The notes: generated from the sequence alone by a model not told the origin. A stretch of 64,000 nt of DNA from Bacteroidota bacterium (GCA_046051225.1 JBJOOR010000007.1:19307-83306); one strand, 5' to 3'. Positions 1 through 11,193 are shown, counted from the stretch's first letter. Program-made: numbers and translations.

Positions 1-16
1 AAACTATAACATCAAT

Positions 17-625
17 TTGCTGTTTTTGGGCACTGCAATTATAGGGTGTATGTTTTTTATTACCCACGTTGATGCACAATCAACTATTAAAATGGATACC
101 ATTAAAACATCTATTTTAAAAAAAGATTCTTTATCGACAACCGCTTCACCTGTATTTAAACCTAATCCAAAACGGGCAGCCATTTATTCGGCAGTATGCC
201 CAGGCTTGGGGCAAATTTATAATCGTAAATATTGGAAAGCACCTATTGTGTATGCTGGTATTGGTGTGGCTTCGTATTTTATCTTAGTAAATTATTCAGG
301 CTATATTAATACTCGAAATGGCATTACACGATTGCAGGATAACGATGCATCAAATGATAATGAACCCATTTTGGTAAGAGATTATTCATATAAAAAATAT
401 GATTTAAATAAAAATGGAGCTACGGTAGATGATTTATTGAGGATAAAAAAATACTTCCGTCAGAATATTGATGTATCGGTTTTAACTTTAACGGCTTTGT
501 ATATTTTAAACATAGTGGATGCTAATATTGATGCACATTTAAGTGGTTTTAATATGAGTGATGATTTAACAATTGCACCTGTAATTAATCAATATGGTGT
601 GGGTATAGCATTTCAATTTAAATAA
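17..625 (+). CDS. DUF5683-family membrane protein (5' end may lie upstream of the window)
   Basis: ORF with a signal-like N-terminus. Motif AAIYSAVCPGLGQIYNRKYWKAPIVYAGIG is typical of Bacteroidota DUF5683. The frame stays open to the window edge and the called start is TTG. Confidence 0.55.
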   Translation: MLFLGTAIIGCMFFITHVDAQSTIKMDTIKTSILKKDSLSTTASPVFKPNPKRAAIYSAVCPGLGQIYNRKYWKAPIVYAGIGVASYFILVNYSGYINTRNGITRLQDNDASNDNEPILVRDYSYKKYDLNKNGATVDDLLRIKKYFRQNIDVSVLTLTALYILNIVDANIDAHLSGFNMSDDLTIAPVINQYGVGIAFQFK

Positions 626-642
626 AAATTTATTCAACAACA

Positions 643-1629
643 ATGGAAATAGTAGTAAGCGGAATGCGAAGCACAGGCTGCCTTCATTTAGGAAATTATT
701 TTGGCGCAGCAACTCATTTTTTAAAAATGCAGGAAGATAAAAACTATCACTGCAATTTTTTTATTGCCGATTTACATTCGCTAACCACACACCCTACACC
801 CGATGATTTTAAACGCAATACCAATGAAGTGTTGGTTGATTATTTGGCTTGTGGTTTAAACCCCGATAAATCGGTATTGTATGCACAAAGCGATATTCCT
901 GAAATACCGCAATTGTATTTATTATTGAATATGTTGGCTTATAAAGGTGAGTTAGAAAGAGTAGCTTCATTTAAAGATAAAGTACGCAAGCAAGAAGAAA
1001 ATGTGAATGCAGGGTTGCTTACTTATCCTGTATTAATGGCGGCTGATATTTTAATTCATAGGGCTCATAAAGTGCCTGTGGGCAAAGACCAAGTGCAACA
1101 TTTAGAAATGACAAGAAATTTTGGAAACCGATTTAATCATTTATACAAAACCGATTTTTTTCCCGAACCATATCCTTTCACGTTTACGGGTGTGCCTATC
1201 ACTGTGCCAGGTTTAGATGGTACTGGCAAAATGGGCAAAAGCGATGGCAACGGTATTTATTTAAGAGATGAACCTGAAGTGGTTCGTAAAAAAGTGATGA
1301 AAGCCGTTACAGATGCTGGACCTACTGCACCAAATTCGGAAATGCCCGATGCTGTAAAAAATATTTTTACTCTATTAAAATTGGTTTCAACGGCTGATAC
1401 GGTAACGCATTTTGAAACAAAATATAATGATTGCAGTATTAGATATGGCGATTTAAAAAAGCAATTAGCCGAAGATATTATTTTATTTACAGCGCCTATC
1501 AGAAGCCGAATTAATGATATAATCAATGATAAACCTTACCAAGAAAAAGTATTAAAAATGGGTGCCGAAAAAGCTCGTGAAAGCGCCTCGGCTACATTAA
1601 ATGAGGTAAGAAAGATAATGGGAATGTAA
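643..1629 (+). CDS. trpS: tryptophan--tRNA ligase
   Basis: 328 aa class I aaRS. HIGH-like CLHLGNY near the N-terminus and KMSKS-like KMGKS. Overall TrpRS-like sequence. Confidence 0.93.
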   Translation: MEIVVSGMRSTGCLHLGNYFGAATHFLKMQEDKNYHCNFFIADLHSLTTHPTPDDFKRNTNEVLVDYLACGLNPDKSVLYAQSDIPEIPQLYLLLNMLAYKGELERVASFKDKVRKQEENVNAGLLTYPVLMAADILIHRAHKVPVGKDQVQHLEMTRNFGNRFNHLYKTDFFPEPYPFTFTGVPITVPGLDGTGKMGKSDGNGIYLRDEPEVVRKKVMKAVTDAGPTAPNSEMPDAVKNIFTLLKLVSTADTVTHFETKYNDCSIRYGDLKKQLAEDIILFTAPIRSRINDIINDKPYQEKVLKMGAEKARESASATLNEVRKIMGM

Positions 1630-1633
1630 AAAC

Positions 1634-2722
1634 TTATTCTACCCTTTTATTGGCTATATAATTTACTACATAAGCATCTTTAAATCCTGCTTTTTTAAGT
1701 TGTTCTATTAACTTATCTGTTTCATCTTTGGTAAATAATTTTTTGGATAGATAGATGTATCTACCCCTATTATCTTGCTCAATGGTAAATCCTTTTGCAT
1801 CATTTAATCTTTCATCATTTACATTTAGTGGCGATGATGAAGTATAAAACTGAATTTTAAAATAATTGCTGCTATTAAATGCTTTAGTAGTATCAATAAT
1901 ATTGGTTTCGCTATTCTGAATAGGCTTTTTTATCACATTACTTTTTATACCTTCTACTTCGGTTTTATAACTTTCAAATGCACTAAAAATGCCTGTTGCA
2001 ATTTTAGTTGAACCCTCTTCGCTATTCAAAAATCTTTCTTCATCGGGGTTGGTAATAAATCCTGTTTCAACCAATACACTTGGCATTTTAGTGTATACCA
2101 ACACTGCAAAACCTGCTTGTTTTACACCTCGATTAAATCTACCTGCATCACCCAATTCTTCTTGCACCTTGCCAGCAAAACTTACACTTTGGTCAAGGTT
2201 TGCATTTTGCATCATCGAAAACATGATGTAGCTGGCAGGGTCGTTGGGGTCGAAGCCTTGGTATTTATTTTTATAATCGCTCTCTAATAATATTACACTA
2301 TTTTCTCGTTTGGCTACATTAAAATTATCTTCGGTTCTATGTAAGCCCATCGTATAAGTTTCGCAACCATAAGCCGATTTATTTTTACCAGCCGAGTTTA
2401 AATGAATACAAATAAACAAATCGGCATTGCATTTATTTGCCATATTAGCTCGTTCGTATAAATCAACAAATTGGTCGGTAGTACGAGCATATACTACTTT
2501 TACATCAGGAAAATTTTGCTGAATAATAGCACCAAATTTCAAAGAAATTTTTAAAGCTACATCTGCCTCGTGTGAAAACGAACCTAACGAACCAGGGTCG
2601 CTGCCGCCATGACCAGGGTCTATAAAAACAGTTTTGATTTTAAATTTTGGAGCAGCAGCTTGCAGTGTTGAAATGGTAACAACACAAAAAAACACGATGA
2701 TATATTTAAAAAATGTATGCAT
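1634..2722 (-). CDS. N-acetylmuramoyl-L-alanine amidase with C-terminal SPOR-like domain
   Basis: Signal peptide. Amidase_3-like VFIDPGHGGSDPG and CIHLNS motifs. The C-terminal ~75 aa (FKIQFYTSS...KAGFKDAYVV) resemble a SPOR domain. Confidence 0.85.
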   Translation of the reverse strand: MHTFFKYIIVFFCVVTISTLQAAAPKFKIKTVFIDPGHGGSDPGSLGSFSHEADVALKISLKFGAIIQQNFPDVKVVYARTTDQFVDLYERANMANKCNADLFICIHLNSAGKNKSAYGCETYTMGLHRTEDNFNVAKRENSVILLESDYKNKYQGFDPNDPASYIMFSMMQNANLDQSVSFAGKVQEELGDAGRFNRGVKQAGFAVLVYTKMPSVLVETGFITNPDEERFLNSEEGSTKIATGIFSAFESYKTEVEGIKSNVIKKPIQNSETNIIDTTKAFNSSNYFKIQFYTSSSPLNVNDERLNDAKGFTIEQDNRGRYIYLSKKLFTKDETDKLIEQLKKAGFKDAYVVNYIANKRVE

Positions 2723-2881
2723 TAGTTTGTTTTAAAAAATCGAATTACAAAAATGATGAAATATTTACAATTAAGTGTTGGAAATAAAATCATAAAAAAA
2801 ATGTAAAAAATAATTTAACTGAAATTGTTTCTGCAACTTTGTAAATCATATTTTCTACAAAATTAATTTGATTATTTTTTT

Positions 2882-5515
2882 TTGAAACGTTTTATCATAC
2901 TGTTAACTATTTTAGTTTCAACACTTATGTTGTGCAATGTCAGTATTGGCTTTGCCCAACTTCGTGCCATGAAAGATAAAACCACAAAAATTGATTCTAC
3001 TTTTAAAACCATTGCCATTGATAGTTCAATTAATGTTGCGTCACATTTTCACGATACTACTCAATTAGTTTTTAATCCCGATTCTATTATCATTTCAAAA
3101 GATTCGCCCGATAGCACCATACATTATGCTGCCAAAGATTCATTAGTATTTAATGCTGCCACTAATAATGTTTTTTTATACAATGAATCTAGCATACAAT
3201 ATAAAGAGCTGAATTTAGAAGCTTACGAAATTCAGATAAATTGGGATGAGCATTTATTAAAAGCACATGGCAAAACCGATTCAACAACCAATAAAACTAT
3301 TGGTGCGCCTATATTTAAAGAAAATGATAAAACATACAATGCTCAAAAAATAGCCTACAATTACGAAACTCAACGAGGCAAAATTTATGATTTAGTAACC
3401 ACTGAAAGCGAAGGATTTATTCATAGCGAAGCCATAAAAAAAGATGGCGAAAAAGATTATTTGGGCTATAAATCTTTGTTTACTACTTGTAGCAATGAGC
3501 ATCCACATTTTGGATTTAGAGCCAAGCGAATAAAAGTAATTCCTGGCAAATTAATTATTACAGGGCCTGCCCAATTAATTGTTGAAGATATTCCTACGCC
3601 ATTGTTTATTCCCTTTTCTATTTTCCCTATTAAACAAGGGCAAGCAAGCGGCTTGTTAATACCTCAATTTAATAATGATGTAAATAAAGGTTTCGGGTTG
3701 CAAAATGGTGGCTATTATTTTGGATTAGGCAAACACCACGATTTGGCTTTACAGGGCGATATTTTTTCGCATGGTAGCTATGCCGTTCGATTAAATTCGG
3801 GTTATAATTATAGGTATAAAGCCCGAGGCAATTTCATATTGGCTTTTGCCAGCACAAGGCTTGGCGACCCACAAGAATCGGGCTTTTCGAAACAAAAAGA
3901 TTTTCATATTACATGGCATCATACTAAAGATTCTAAATCTAATCCATACAATTTATTTTCGGCAAGTGTTGATGCTGGTACCAGCAGATACAATAGAAAC
4001 AATGTGTATGATGCTAATCAATTTTTAACCAACACTTACAATTCATCCATCAGCTATCAACGCATTTTTCCGAACAAACCTTTTAACTTAACTATCAATG
4101 CCAATCATTCGCAGAATAATCAAACGCATGATATGACGTTTACTTTACCATCTATCAACTTTAATATTAATAGGCTTACACCTTTTGCAAAAAAACATTC
4201 AGTTGGCGAAAAAAAATGGTACGAAAATATTGGATTTAGTTATTCGGCTAATGCTTTAAACCAACTTACCACAAAAGATACATTGCTTTTTAAATCGAAG
4301 TTTAATGATTTTAAAAATGGTATTGTTCATTCAATTCCTATTTCAACCAATGTAAAAGTGATGAAATATTTTGTATTGAATCCATCTATAAACTATAACG
4401 AACGTTGGTTTGCTTACTCATCACAACAATCGTTAGATTCTAATTCAAATATTATTCATAACCGAGTAAATGGTTTTAAAACCGAACGAGATTTTTCGGC
4501 TTCGGTAAGTTTAAACACAAAAATATTTGGAATGAAACAATTTAAACATGGTAAAATAAAAGCCATTAGGCATGTAATTACACCTAATATTAATGCCCAA
4601 TATCACCCCGATTATGGTAGCAATTTTTTTCATTATTATAAACAATCGCCTATTAATGGTGCTACACCCTACTCTATTTTCGAACAAAGCATAGTAGGTG
4701 GGCCGCCTGCTGCTGGCAAGTTTGCAGGCATTGGCTTAGGTGTAACCAACGATTTAGAAATGAAAGTATTTGATGCTAAAGATTCTATTAATCAATCTCG
4801 TAAAATTACTTTATTGCGCAGCTTATCATTTAATACTTTTTATAATTTGGCTGCCGATTCATTTAGACTTAGCCCCATCAGCATGAGCACCAACACTGGA
4901 TTTTTGAAAAATAAAATTACTGTAAATCTTAATCTTCAATTAGACCCTTATCATCATAATACAGCAGGCAGAGCCATTGATAAATATGCATTGTTAGAAG
5001 ATGGTAAATTGGGTAAAATAAAAAGCGCCAACTTTGCCATCAACGCCAATTTTGCTAGTAAACAAAATATGACCGATTTTGCTAAAAAAACAAAAGGCAC
5101 AACTACCAGTAATAATAATTCGGAACAAAAGAAAAACACAAGCGACGAAATACTACCTACCATAGATTTTAATAAATGGCATATACCGTTTACGTTTTCT
5201 ACTAATTATATGCTAACCATACAACCTAAAACCATCAATTTTAAAGATACTGTAATTTATACTCAATCTATAAATGGTACTTTAAACTTTGGCTTAACGC
5301 CCAAATGGAATGTAACAGTAAACACGGGCTACGATTTTAGAATTAAAGGATTGGCATATACCGATATTGTAATTTTAAGAGATTTACATTGTTGGCAAAT
5401 GCGCATACAGGTTGCCCCTGGCAGATTTTATGCCATACAAATAAATGCTAAAGCCAATATTTTAAATGATATGGAATTGAAAAAACGTAAATATTCGGGC
5501 TCATACTATTTTTAA
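2882..5515 (+). CDS. large outer-membrane beta-barrel protein, LptD-like (putative LPS assembly)
   Basis: 877 aa. TTG start followed by a signal peptide (KRFIILLTILVSTLMLCNVSIGFAQ). Beta-strand-rich N/Y/S composition and a terminal aromatic ...SYYF. The family assignment is from memory, not a search. Confidence 0.5.
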   Translation: MKRFIILLTILVSTLMLCNVSIGFAQLRAMKDKTTKIDSTFKTIAIDSSINVASHFHDTTQLVFNPDSIIISKDSPDSTIHYAAKDSLVFNAATNNVFLYNESSIQYKELNLEAYEIQINWDEHLLKAHGKTDSTTNKTIGAPIFKENDKTYNAQKIAYNYETQRGKIYDLVTTESEGFIHSEAIKKDGEKDYLGYKSLFTTCSNEHPHFGFRAKRIKVIPGKLIITGPAQLIVEDIPTPLFIPFSIFPIKQGQASGLLIPQFNNDVNKGFGLQNGGYYFGLGKHHDLALQGDIFSHGSYAVRLNSGYNYRYKARGNFILAFASTRLGDPQESGFSKQKDFHITWHHTKDSKSNPYNLFSASVDAGTSRYNRNNVYDANQFLTNTYNSSISYQRIFPNKPFNLTINANHSQNNQTHDMTFTLPSINFNINRLTPFAKKHSVGEKKWYENIGFSYSANALNQLTTKDTLLFKSKFNDFKNGIVHSIPISTNVKVMKYFVLNPSINYNERWFAYSSQQSLDSNSNIIHNRVNGFKTERDFSASVSLNTKIFGMKQFKHGKIKAIRHVITPNINAQYHPDYGSNFFHYYKQSPINGATPYSIFEQSIVGGPPAAGKFAGIGLGVTNDLEMKVFDAKDSINQSRKITLLRSLSFNTFYNLAADSFRLSPISMSTNTGFLKNKITVNLNLQLDPYHHNTAGRAIDKYALLEDGKLGKIKSANFAINANFASKQNMTDFAKKTKGTTTSNNNSEQKKNTSDEILPTIDFNKWHIPFTFSTNYMLTIQPKTINFKDTVIYTQSINGTLNFGLTPKWNVTVNTGYDFRIKGLAYTDIVILRDLHCWQMRIQVAPGRFYAIQINAKANILNDMELKKRKYSGSYYF

Positions 5516-5528
5516 ATACTACTGCTAC

Positions 5529-6458
5529 ATGAAATTTTTAATCACTGGCGCTACTGGATTTATTGGAAGTTATTTATCAAAATTTTTAATTGATAATGGG
5601 CATCAAGTAATTGCCATCACCCGACACATTACACCCACATTAAAAGCCGAAATGCCTGCCATTGAGTGGATAGAAGGCGATATGCTGCATAGCAATATTC
5701 AACAATTAAAAATTGAAGCCGATGTAATTATTCATTTAGCAGCCGCCAATGATATAGTATCAAAAAATGCAATTGATGGTATTACTTTGTCGGCTGGTGG
5801 CACCAGAAATATGTTGCAATTGGCTGTAAACAATAAAATTAACCGATTCATTTTTTATTCAACACTACAAGTGTATGGTACCGAATTATCGGGTATGATT
5901 ACCGAAGATTCAACACCAAATTGCGAAAGCGATTATGGTATTAATCATTTATTGGCCGAACAGTATGTAGAGATGTATGCTCGAAAATTTGGCTTACATA
6001 CGGCCATTGTTCGCCCTAGTAATATTTATGGCGAAATGGCAGCCAGCACTGTAAACCGCTGGACATTAGTGCCTGGTTGTTTTATTAAATCATTGTATGA
6101 ATCGGGCAATATTACTTTGCTTTCATCGGGCAAGCAAAACAGAAATTTTATTTCGTTGCTAATGCTTAGCCAACAAACATTGCAAATTGCTAATCATTTG
6201 CATTCGCCTTTTCAAATTTATAATTTGGCAAGTAATTATTACAATAATATTTATGGCATAGCTTCAACCACTTTCGAACTATACAAAGCCATTACGGGCA
6301 ACGCAGCAACGCTAGAAATAAAAAGCGAACTACCGCTATCAGCCAATCAATTTGAAATAAGTTTAGCTAAACTAAATTCAATTAATTGCCGAACATCAGT
6401 AACCAAAAACGAATTGGAAATTGAAATAGAAAAGCTGATTAGAAAATTTAGAAAATAA
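5529..6458 (+). CDS. NAD-dependent epimerase/dehydratase family protein
   Basis: N-terminal Rossmann motif ITGATGFIGSYL. The 309-aa length is typical of extended SDRs. Confidence 0.8.
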   Translation: MKFLITGATGFIGSYLSKFLIDNGHQVIAITRHITPTLKAEMPAIEWIEGDMLHSNIQQLKIEADVIIHLAAANDIVSKNAIDGITLSAGGTRNMLQLAVNNKINRFIFYSTLQVYGTELSGMITEDSTPNCESDYGINHLLAEQYVEMYARKFGLHTAIVRPSNIYGEMAASTVNRWTLVPGCFIKSLYESGNITLLSSGKQNRNFISLLMLSQQTLQIANHLHSPFQIYNLASNYYNNIYGIASTTFELYKAITGNAATLEIKSELPLSANQFEISLAKLNSINCRTSVTKNELEIEIEKLIRKFRK

Positions 6459-6460
6459 AG

Positions 6461-7489
6461 ATGATAACATTTATTGTACCTACTCGAAACAGATTGAGCC
6501 ATGTAAAGCGAACATTAAAATATGTTTCTCATTTGCCATATCAATTTATCATTGCCGATAATTCAACTTTATATAATTCGCTTCCAAAAGATATTCAACT
6601 TTCAGAAAATGTAGAATATCTTTTTTTAGAAAATTCTACATTTTCAAATAAAGTAACCACTGCTCTTTCAAAGGTTACTACAAAGTATGTAGCAATGATA
6701 GCTGATGATGATTTTTTTACTTTATCGGGCATAAAATCTTGTATTGATTTTTTAGAAAAAAACGAAAATTACAGTGCTGTTCATGGCAACACTTTAGGTT
6801 TTTTTGAAGCTAAAAACAAAGTAGGTTTTGAAAAAATGTATCATCATGAAAACCATGTAAATTGTAATAATGATGATGTAATTAAAAGGGCTATTGAAAT
6901 GTTTTCGCCTTATATGCCTTTGTTTTATTCTATTCATCGAACAGAAAATTTTAGAAAGATATTCGCTACCGAGCTATTGCCCGAAAACTTGAATTTTGTT
7001 GAATTTAAAATAGCCTTGTATGCAGCCGTGAAAGGTAAGTTCGAAGTTCTTCCTATATTGCTTCATATCCGAGAAGAAGCTTTATTTTCGGCTGGGTTTA
7101 CTACCAAAGCAATTGCAGATATGCCCGATGATAAAGAATGGAATATTAAATTAAATAGTTTTAAAAATTATGTGGCAAATGATATTACCACATTATATCA
7201 AATAAGCGATTCGACTGCATCAACCATTGTCGAATCATCTATTTCAAGCTATATAAATTGGGTAAAATCTTTACCGATTTCAAACAATAAAATGAGCTAT
7301 GCTTATTTTAAAAAGAAATATTTGAAGCCTTACTTTCCTGCGTTATTTAGTTGGTTGGTAAAACAAAAAAAAGCTACTGAAATAAATCGTCAACAAATCA
7401 ATCATCTGAATTTATCTAATTATTCAAACGCTGATATTCTCAAAGAAGAATTGGTATTGATTGAATCGGTTATTCTTAACGTTTCCTGA
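6461..7489 (+). CDS. glycosyltransferase family 2-like protein
   Basis: N-terminal ITFIVPTRNR and an acidic ADDDF motif typical of GT-A folds. Tightly packed behind the epimerase gene. Confidence 0.55.
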   Translation: MITFIVPTRNRLSHVKRTLKYVSHLPYQFIIADNSTLYNSLPKDIQLSENVEYLFLENSTFSNKVTTALSKVTTKYVAMIADDDFFTLSGIKSCIDFLEKNENYSAVHGNTLGFFEAKNKVGFEKMYHHENHVNCNNDDVIKRAIEMFSPYMPLFYSIHRTENFRKIFATELLPENLNFVEFKIALYAAVKGKFEVLPILLHIREEALFSAGFTTKAIADMPDDKEWNIKLNSFKNYVANDITTLYQISDSTASTIVESSISSYINWVKSLPISNNKMSYAYFKKKYLKPYFPALFSWLVKQKKATEINRQQINHLNLSNYSNADILKEELVLIESVILNVS

Positions 7490-7530
7490 AATTTAAACTA
7501 TTGTTGGTTGTTCTACTCCTCTGGAGTGAT

Positions 7531-7582
7531 ATGTTTATAGGGTTTATGTTATAGCTATAAACATGTGACCCCACAGGGGTCA
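7531..7582. terminator. pair of hairpins between convergent genes (bidirectional terminator candidate)
   Basis: Perfect 10-bp inverted repeat atgtttatag (7531-7540) / ctataaacat (7555-7564). A second 7-bp stem, tgacccc (7566-7572) / ggggtca (7576-7582). Confidence 0.4.
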
Positions 7583-7608
7583 AATACAAGTTGTTTAATC
7601 TGAAATTA

Positions 7609-8826
7609 TTATTGCTTATTGATTTTAAAACAAACTGTTTCTGTTTTTGTATTAATGATTTGAACAAAATAAATTCCTGTTAAGAAACATTCAGGAATTT
7701 CGATTTTCAAACTTGATGAATGAGCCGTTTCTTGTAGCAACAACTCACCAAATACATTATAAATATTGATTTTACTTTCAGAATTAGTAGAAAGATTACT
7801 CAAAGAAATAGAGTGTGTAAATGGATTAGGTGAAATAGAAATATTGGTTAAATCATTATTTGATAATGATAAAATGCCTGTTGATGCTGGTGTGTATTGC
7901 CACAAGTAGTTATTTACATTGCCACTTGAATTAACACCACATGCCACATAGCCATTATTTCCTATTGAAAATGCAGATGCAAATCGAATTTGTGGACCAC
8001 CATAATTTGTAATACTTCCCCATGAATTAGTTGCAGGATCGAACTTATAAAAAGAATTATAATAATTACCCGATGCATCATTTCCAGTTCCTACGTACCC
8101 ATTATTTCCTATTGAAAATGCAGTTGCAAATTGTAATCCATTGCCTGGGAAATTTGTTTTTTGAGTCCATGAATTCATCAAAGTATCATACTCCCAAAAA
8201 TCATTATAAAAAGTTGCTCCACTGTATCCTAAACCAATATATCCTTTATTATTGATAGACAATCCAACAGCCCCCATTCTTGCATTTCCTCCAAAATTTG
8301 ATTTCTGATTCCATGCATTTAAAGTTGGGTCATATTCCCAAAAATCATTTAAAGCAGTTCCGCCAATAGTAGTTCCACAGCCAATATAACCCTTATTTCC
8401 TACTGAAAATCCTATTGCTTGATACCTGCCACCACCACCAATATTTGATTTTTGACTCCATGCATTTAAAGCTGGGTCGTATTCCCAAAAATCATTTGGG
8501 TAAGTATTAGTTGTATCTTGCCCAGCACCTATATAACCTTTGCCATTAATAGAAAAACCAACAGCAACTATTCTTTTCGACCCTCCAAAATCAGCTTTTT
8601 GCGACCAAATATTATTCGTTGGGTCGTATTCCCAAAAGTCTTTTGCAAACCCACTTGTTGCCATATTACCTGTACCTAAATATCCTTTGCCATTAATTGA
8701 AAAACTTACAGCACCTGCCCTTGTTGTACCCGACAAATTTGATTTTTGCAACCAAGTATTTCCTGTTTGTGCCTTTATAGAAAAAGAAATTATAATAAAT
8801 ATGCTTATTAAAAATATTGATTTCAT
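7609..8826 (-). CDS. Kelch-like beta-propeller repeat protein with T9SS type A C-terminal sorting domain
   Basis: Signal peptide. About six ~47-aa repeats (FWEYDP..N.W.QK..FGG..R..AVGFSINGKGYIG.G). C-terminus ISISPNPF...INIYNVFGELL...GIYFVQI...FKINKQ is typical of the Por secretion CTD. Confidence 0.8.
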   Translation of the reverse strand: MKSIFLISIFIIISFSIKAQTGNTWLQKSNLSGTTRAGAVSFSINGKGYLGTGNMATSGFAKDFWEYDPTNNIWSQKADFGGSKRIVAVGFSINGKGYIGAGQDTTNTYPNDFWEYDPALNAWSQKSNIGGGGRYQAIGFSVGNKGYIGCGTTIGGTALNDFWEYDPTLNAWNQKSNFGGNARMGAVGLSINNKGYIGLGYSGATFYNDFWEYDTLMNSWTQKTNFPGNGLQFATAFSIGNNGYVGTGNDASGNYYNSFYKFDPATNSWGSITNYGGPQIRFASAFSIGNNGYVACGVNSSGNVNNYLWQYTPASTGILSLSNNDLTNISISPNPFTHSISLSNLSTNSESKINIYNVFGELLLQETAHSSSLKIEIPECFLTGIYFVQIINTKTETVCFKINKQ

Positions 8827-8845
8827 AATTCAGTTTATGTTTTTA

Positions 8846-8853
8846 CAAATGTA
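8846..8853 (-). promoter_or_regulatory. Bacteroidota -7 box TAcaTTTG for the Kelch/T9SS gene
   Basis: Minus strand reads tacatttg, 20 nt upstream of the start at 8826. Matches the TAnnTTTG consensus. Confidence 0.35.
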
Positions 8854-8968
8854 ATATTTTGTTGAAACACGAATAATTAATTCTACCTAATTCAATTAGA
8901 AAGTTTTAACACTACCACTAGTATATACTAAATTCCAACACCAACATTAAATATTTATCTATAAAAAA

Positions 8969-11155
8969 TTAAATGCCTTTAATTTTAAATTCAGTTCGTC
9001 TGTTGGCTTGATGCTCGGCATCTGTGCAGGGTACACCATCGGCGCATTTATTGGTAAGCAATGTTTCGCCATAGCCTTTAGCCACCAATCTATTTGCCTT
9101 AATGCCTTTGCTTACTAAATAAGCTACGGCGCTTTCGGCTCTCCGCTGGCTTAAGGTTAAGTTATAATCGTTATTTGCTCGGCAATCGGTATGGCTGCGC
9201 AATTCAATTTGCATGGTTGGATATTTTTGTAATATGGCCACTGTTTTATCCAATTCTAAAGCAGCATCGGGGCGAATATTAGATTTATCTACATCATAAT
9301 AAATATCATCAATTTTTACTACATCGCCCGTGCAATACATTCCAATGCCTTGTTTAATATCTTGCGATGTTTTCATGCCTTCGGTAGATACTTCATTCCA
9401 ATTTGAACCGCATTTATTTTTAGTAGCCGATATTCTATACTTGGTATTATATGCCAAATCGAAATGATAATCGCCCATGGCGGTGGTAGTCAATGATTTG
9501 GTTTCATTGGTTTTAAAATTTTCTAAAGTAATAGAAACGCCTTCCATAGGTTGTTTTGTACCTTCATTAAATACAGTACCCGACAAAGTAATTTTAACTT
9601 TAGTAGAATCGAAGTATGGCATAGTTACCAATTGTTTTTTAGTAAGCGGAATTTTTATTAATTGATTTCCATTCAACATATCTTTAGATACATCAATTTG
9701 ATTGATGCTGTATGTTTCTTTATCGGCCATTAATTGTATATCATTTGAATTGTTTACACATATTTTAAAAATGCCATCGGTATTGGTTTTAAAACTGCGT
9801 TTCAATTTTCCTTTTTCCATCCATTTTACATTTGCCATATTCAATGGTTCGTTGGTTTCAGCATCGAATACTATGCCCATCAAAGTATTGCATTTTTTAG
9901 TAAATGTATAAATATCATCATTGCCCGTTCTCGAACTAGTAAAATATCCTTCGTCGCCTTTTTCGTTGGTAATAATTCCAAAATCATCTTTCATGCTATT
10001 AACAGGAAAGCCAACGTTTTCGGGTTCTGCCCACTTACCATCTTTGCTTTGTGTGGTAGCAAAAATATCTAATCCGCCCAATCCTACTAAAGCATCGCTA
10101 GAAAAATACAAGGTATTATTAAGCGATAAATAAGGAAATACTTCGTTGCCTTCGGTATTAATATCGGCACCTAAATTTTTAGGTGCACCCCATTGCCCTA
10201 ATTCATTTTTGCATACATAAATATCCATTCCGCCTAATCCACCAGGCATATCGCTAGCAAAATAAAGATACATTCCATCGGCTGATAGGGCTGGATGACA
10301 GCAATTATATTCGCTACTATTATGTATAAATTCATCGGGCTTCGACCATTCGCCATCCGTTTTGCGTTGATGATAAATTTTTAATTTCATAGCGCCATCT
10401 TTCGAAAAATTTGGTAACCAACCATTGTAATTATTTCGGGTATAAAATACTTCGGTTTGTATTTGATTAAATGAAATAGTAGCATCATGAAATTTTGTAT
10501 TTGCTTTTCCTTTCCATAAAGTTGGTGTTACATAAGTATTTGCTCTATTACTGTTTTCAAAATACAGATTATAAAATGGTCTGCCTGCCCATCCATGCTC
10601 AAATTCAGAAAATGCGCCCGAAGGTCTATCGCTCGAAAATACAATTCCGTTTTCGAAATAAGCAGGACACATATCGCTATACGAAGTATTAAATAATACA
10701 GGCTTTACAGCATATTTGGCACTATCGGCATACCATTCTTTAATTTGATTGCAAGCCTTAATGCCTGCCATACCACGTTTATCGGTAGGATTTAATGCAA
10801 AATAATTTTGATACCATTTAGCAGCTTCATCTATATTACCCATTTCTTGCAATGCTTCAGCATAGCTTAATCGTTCGTTGGGCAATGCCGATGGCATATT
10901 GATAAATTGCTTATACCAATAGCAAGCATTTTCGGCATCAGCCACTTTATTATAACTTGCTGCTAAGCGCTGCTTTATAAACAAATTATTGCTATCGGTT
11001 TGTACTGCTTTTTTATAATATACAATGGCTTGCGAATAATTATATTGATTGTATAATTTATTGGCTTTGCGAAGTGAATACGATTGCGCTTGGGCAAATT
11101 GAGCAACGCTTATTAATATTATTGCAGAAAGAATAGCGGTAATTATTTTATTCAT
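8969..11155 (-). CDS. OmpA-family protein with TPR, TolB-like propeller and carboxypeptidase-regulatory-like regions
   Basis: Signal peptide and TPR-like N-terminus. C-terminal OmpA/MotB peptidoglycan-binding motif (ELRSHTDCRANNDYNLTLSQRRAESAVAYL...GYGE). Lies downstream of porP/sprF. Confidence 0.85.
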   Translation of the reverse strand: MNKIITAILSAIILISVAQFAQAQSYSLRKANKLYNQYNYSQAIVYYKKAVQTDSNNLFIKQRLAASYNKVADAENACYWYKQFINMPSALPNERLSYAEALQEMGNIDEAAKWYQNYFALNPTDKRGMAGIKACNQIKEWYADSAKYAVKPVLFNTSYSDMCPAYFENGIVFSSDRPSGAFSEFEHGWAGRPFYNLYFENSNRANTYVTPTLWKGKANTKFHDATISFNQIQTEVFYTRNNYNGWLPNFSKDGAMKLKIYHQRKTDGEWSKPDEFIHNSSEYNCCHPALSADGMYLYFASDMPGGLGGMDIYVCKNELGQWGAPKNLGADINTEGNEVFPYLSLNNTLYFSSDALVGLGGLDIFATTQSKDGKWAEPENVGFPVNSMKDDFGIITNEKGDEGYFTSSRTGNDDIYTFTKKCNTLMGIVFDAETNEPLNMANVKWMEKGKLKRSFKTNTDGIFKICVNNSNDIQLMADKETYSINQIDVSKDMLNGNQLIKIPLTKKQLVTMPYFDSTKVKITLSGTVFNEGTKQPMEGVSITLENFKTNETKSLTTTAMGDYHFDLAYNTKYRISATKNKCGSNWNEVSTEGMKTSQDIKQGIGMYCTGDVVKIDDIYYDVDKSNIRPDAALELDKTVAILQKYPTMQIELRSHTDCRANNDYNLTLSQRRAESAVAYLVSKGIKANRLVAKGYGETLLTNKCADGVPCTDAEHQANRRTEFKIKGI

Positions 11156-11193
11156 AAAATATATTTATGGATTTTTTTTGAATCGGTTTAATG

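Noticed and set aside
1257-1526. Antisense or embedded ORFs of 60-115 aa inside well-supported genes. Examples: 1257..1526, 1989..2231, 21483..21680, 22026..22364, 34438..34758, 40781..41110, 41371..41715, 47354..47575, 52762..53079, 62682..63019, and the many inside the adhesin gene.
   Set aside because: Each lies wholly within a longer ORF that has clear family signatures. Their translations are low-complexity or hydrophobic, as expected from reading conserved genes in the wrong frame.
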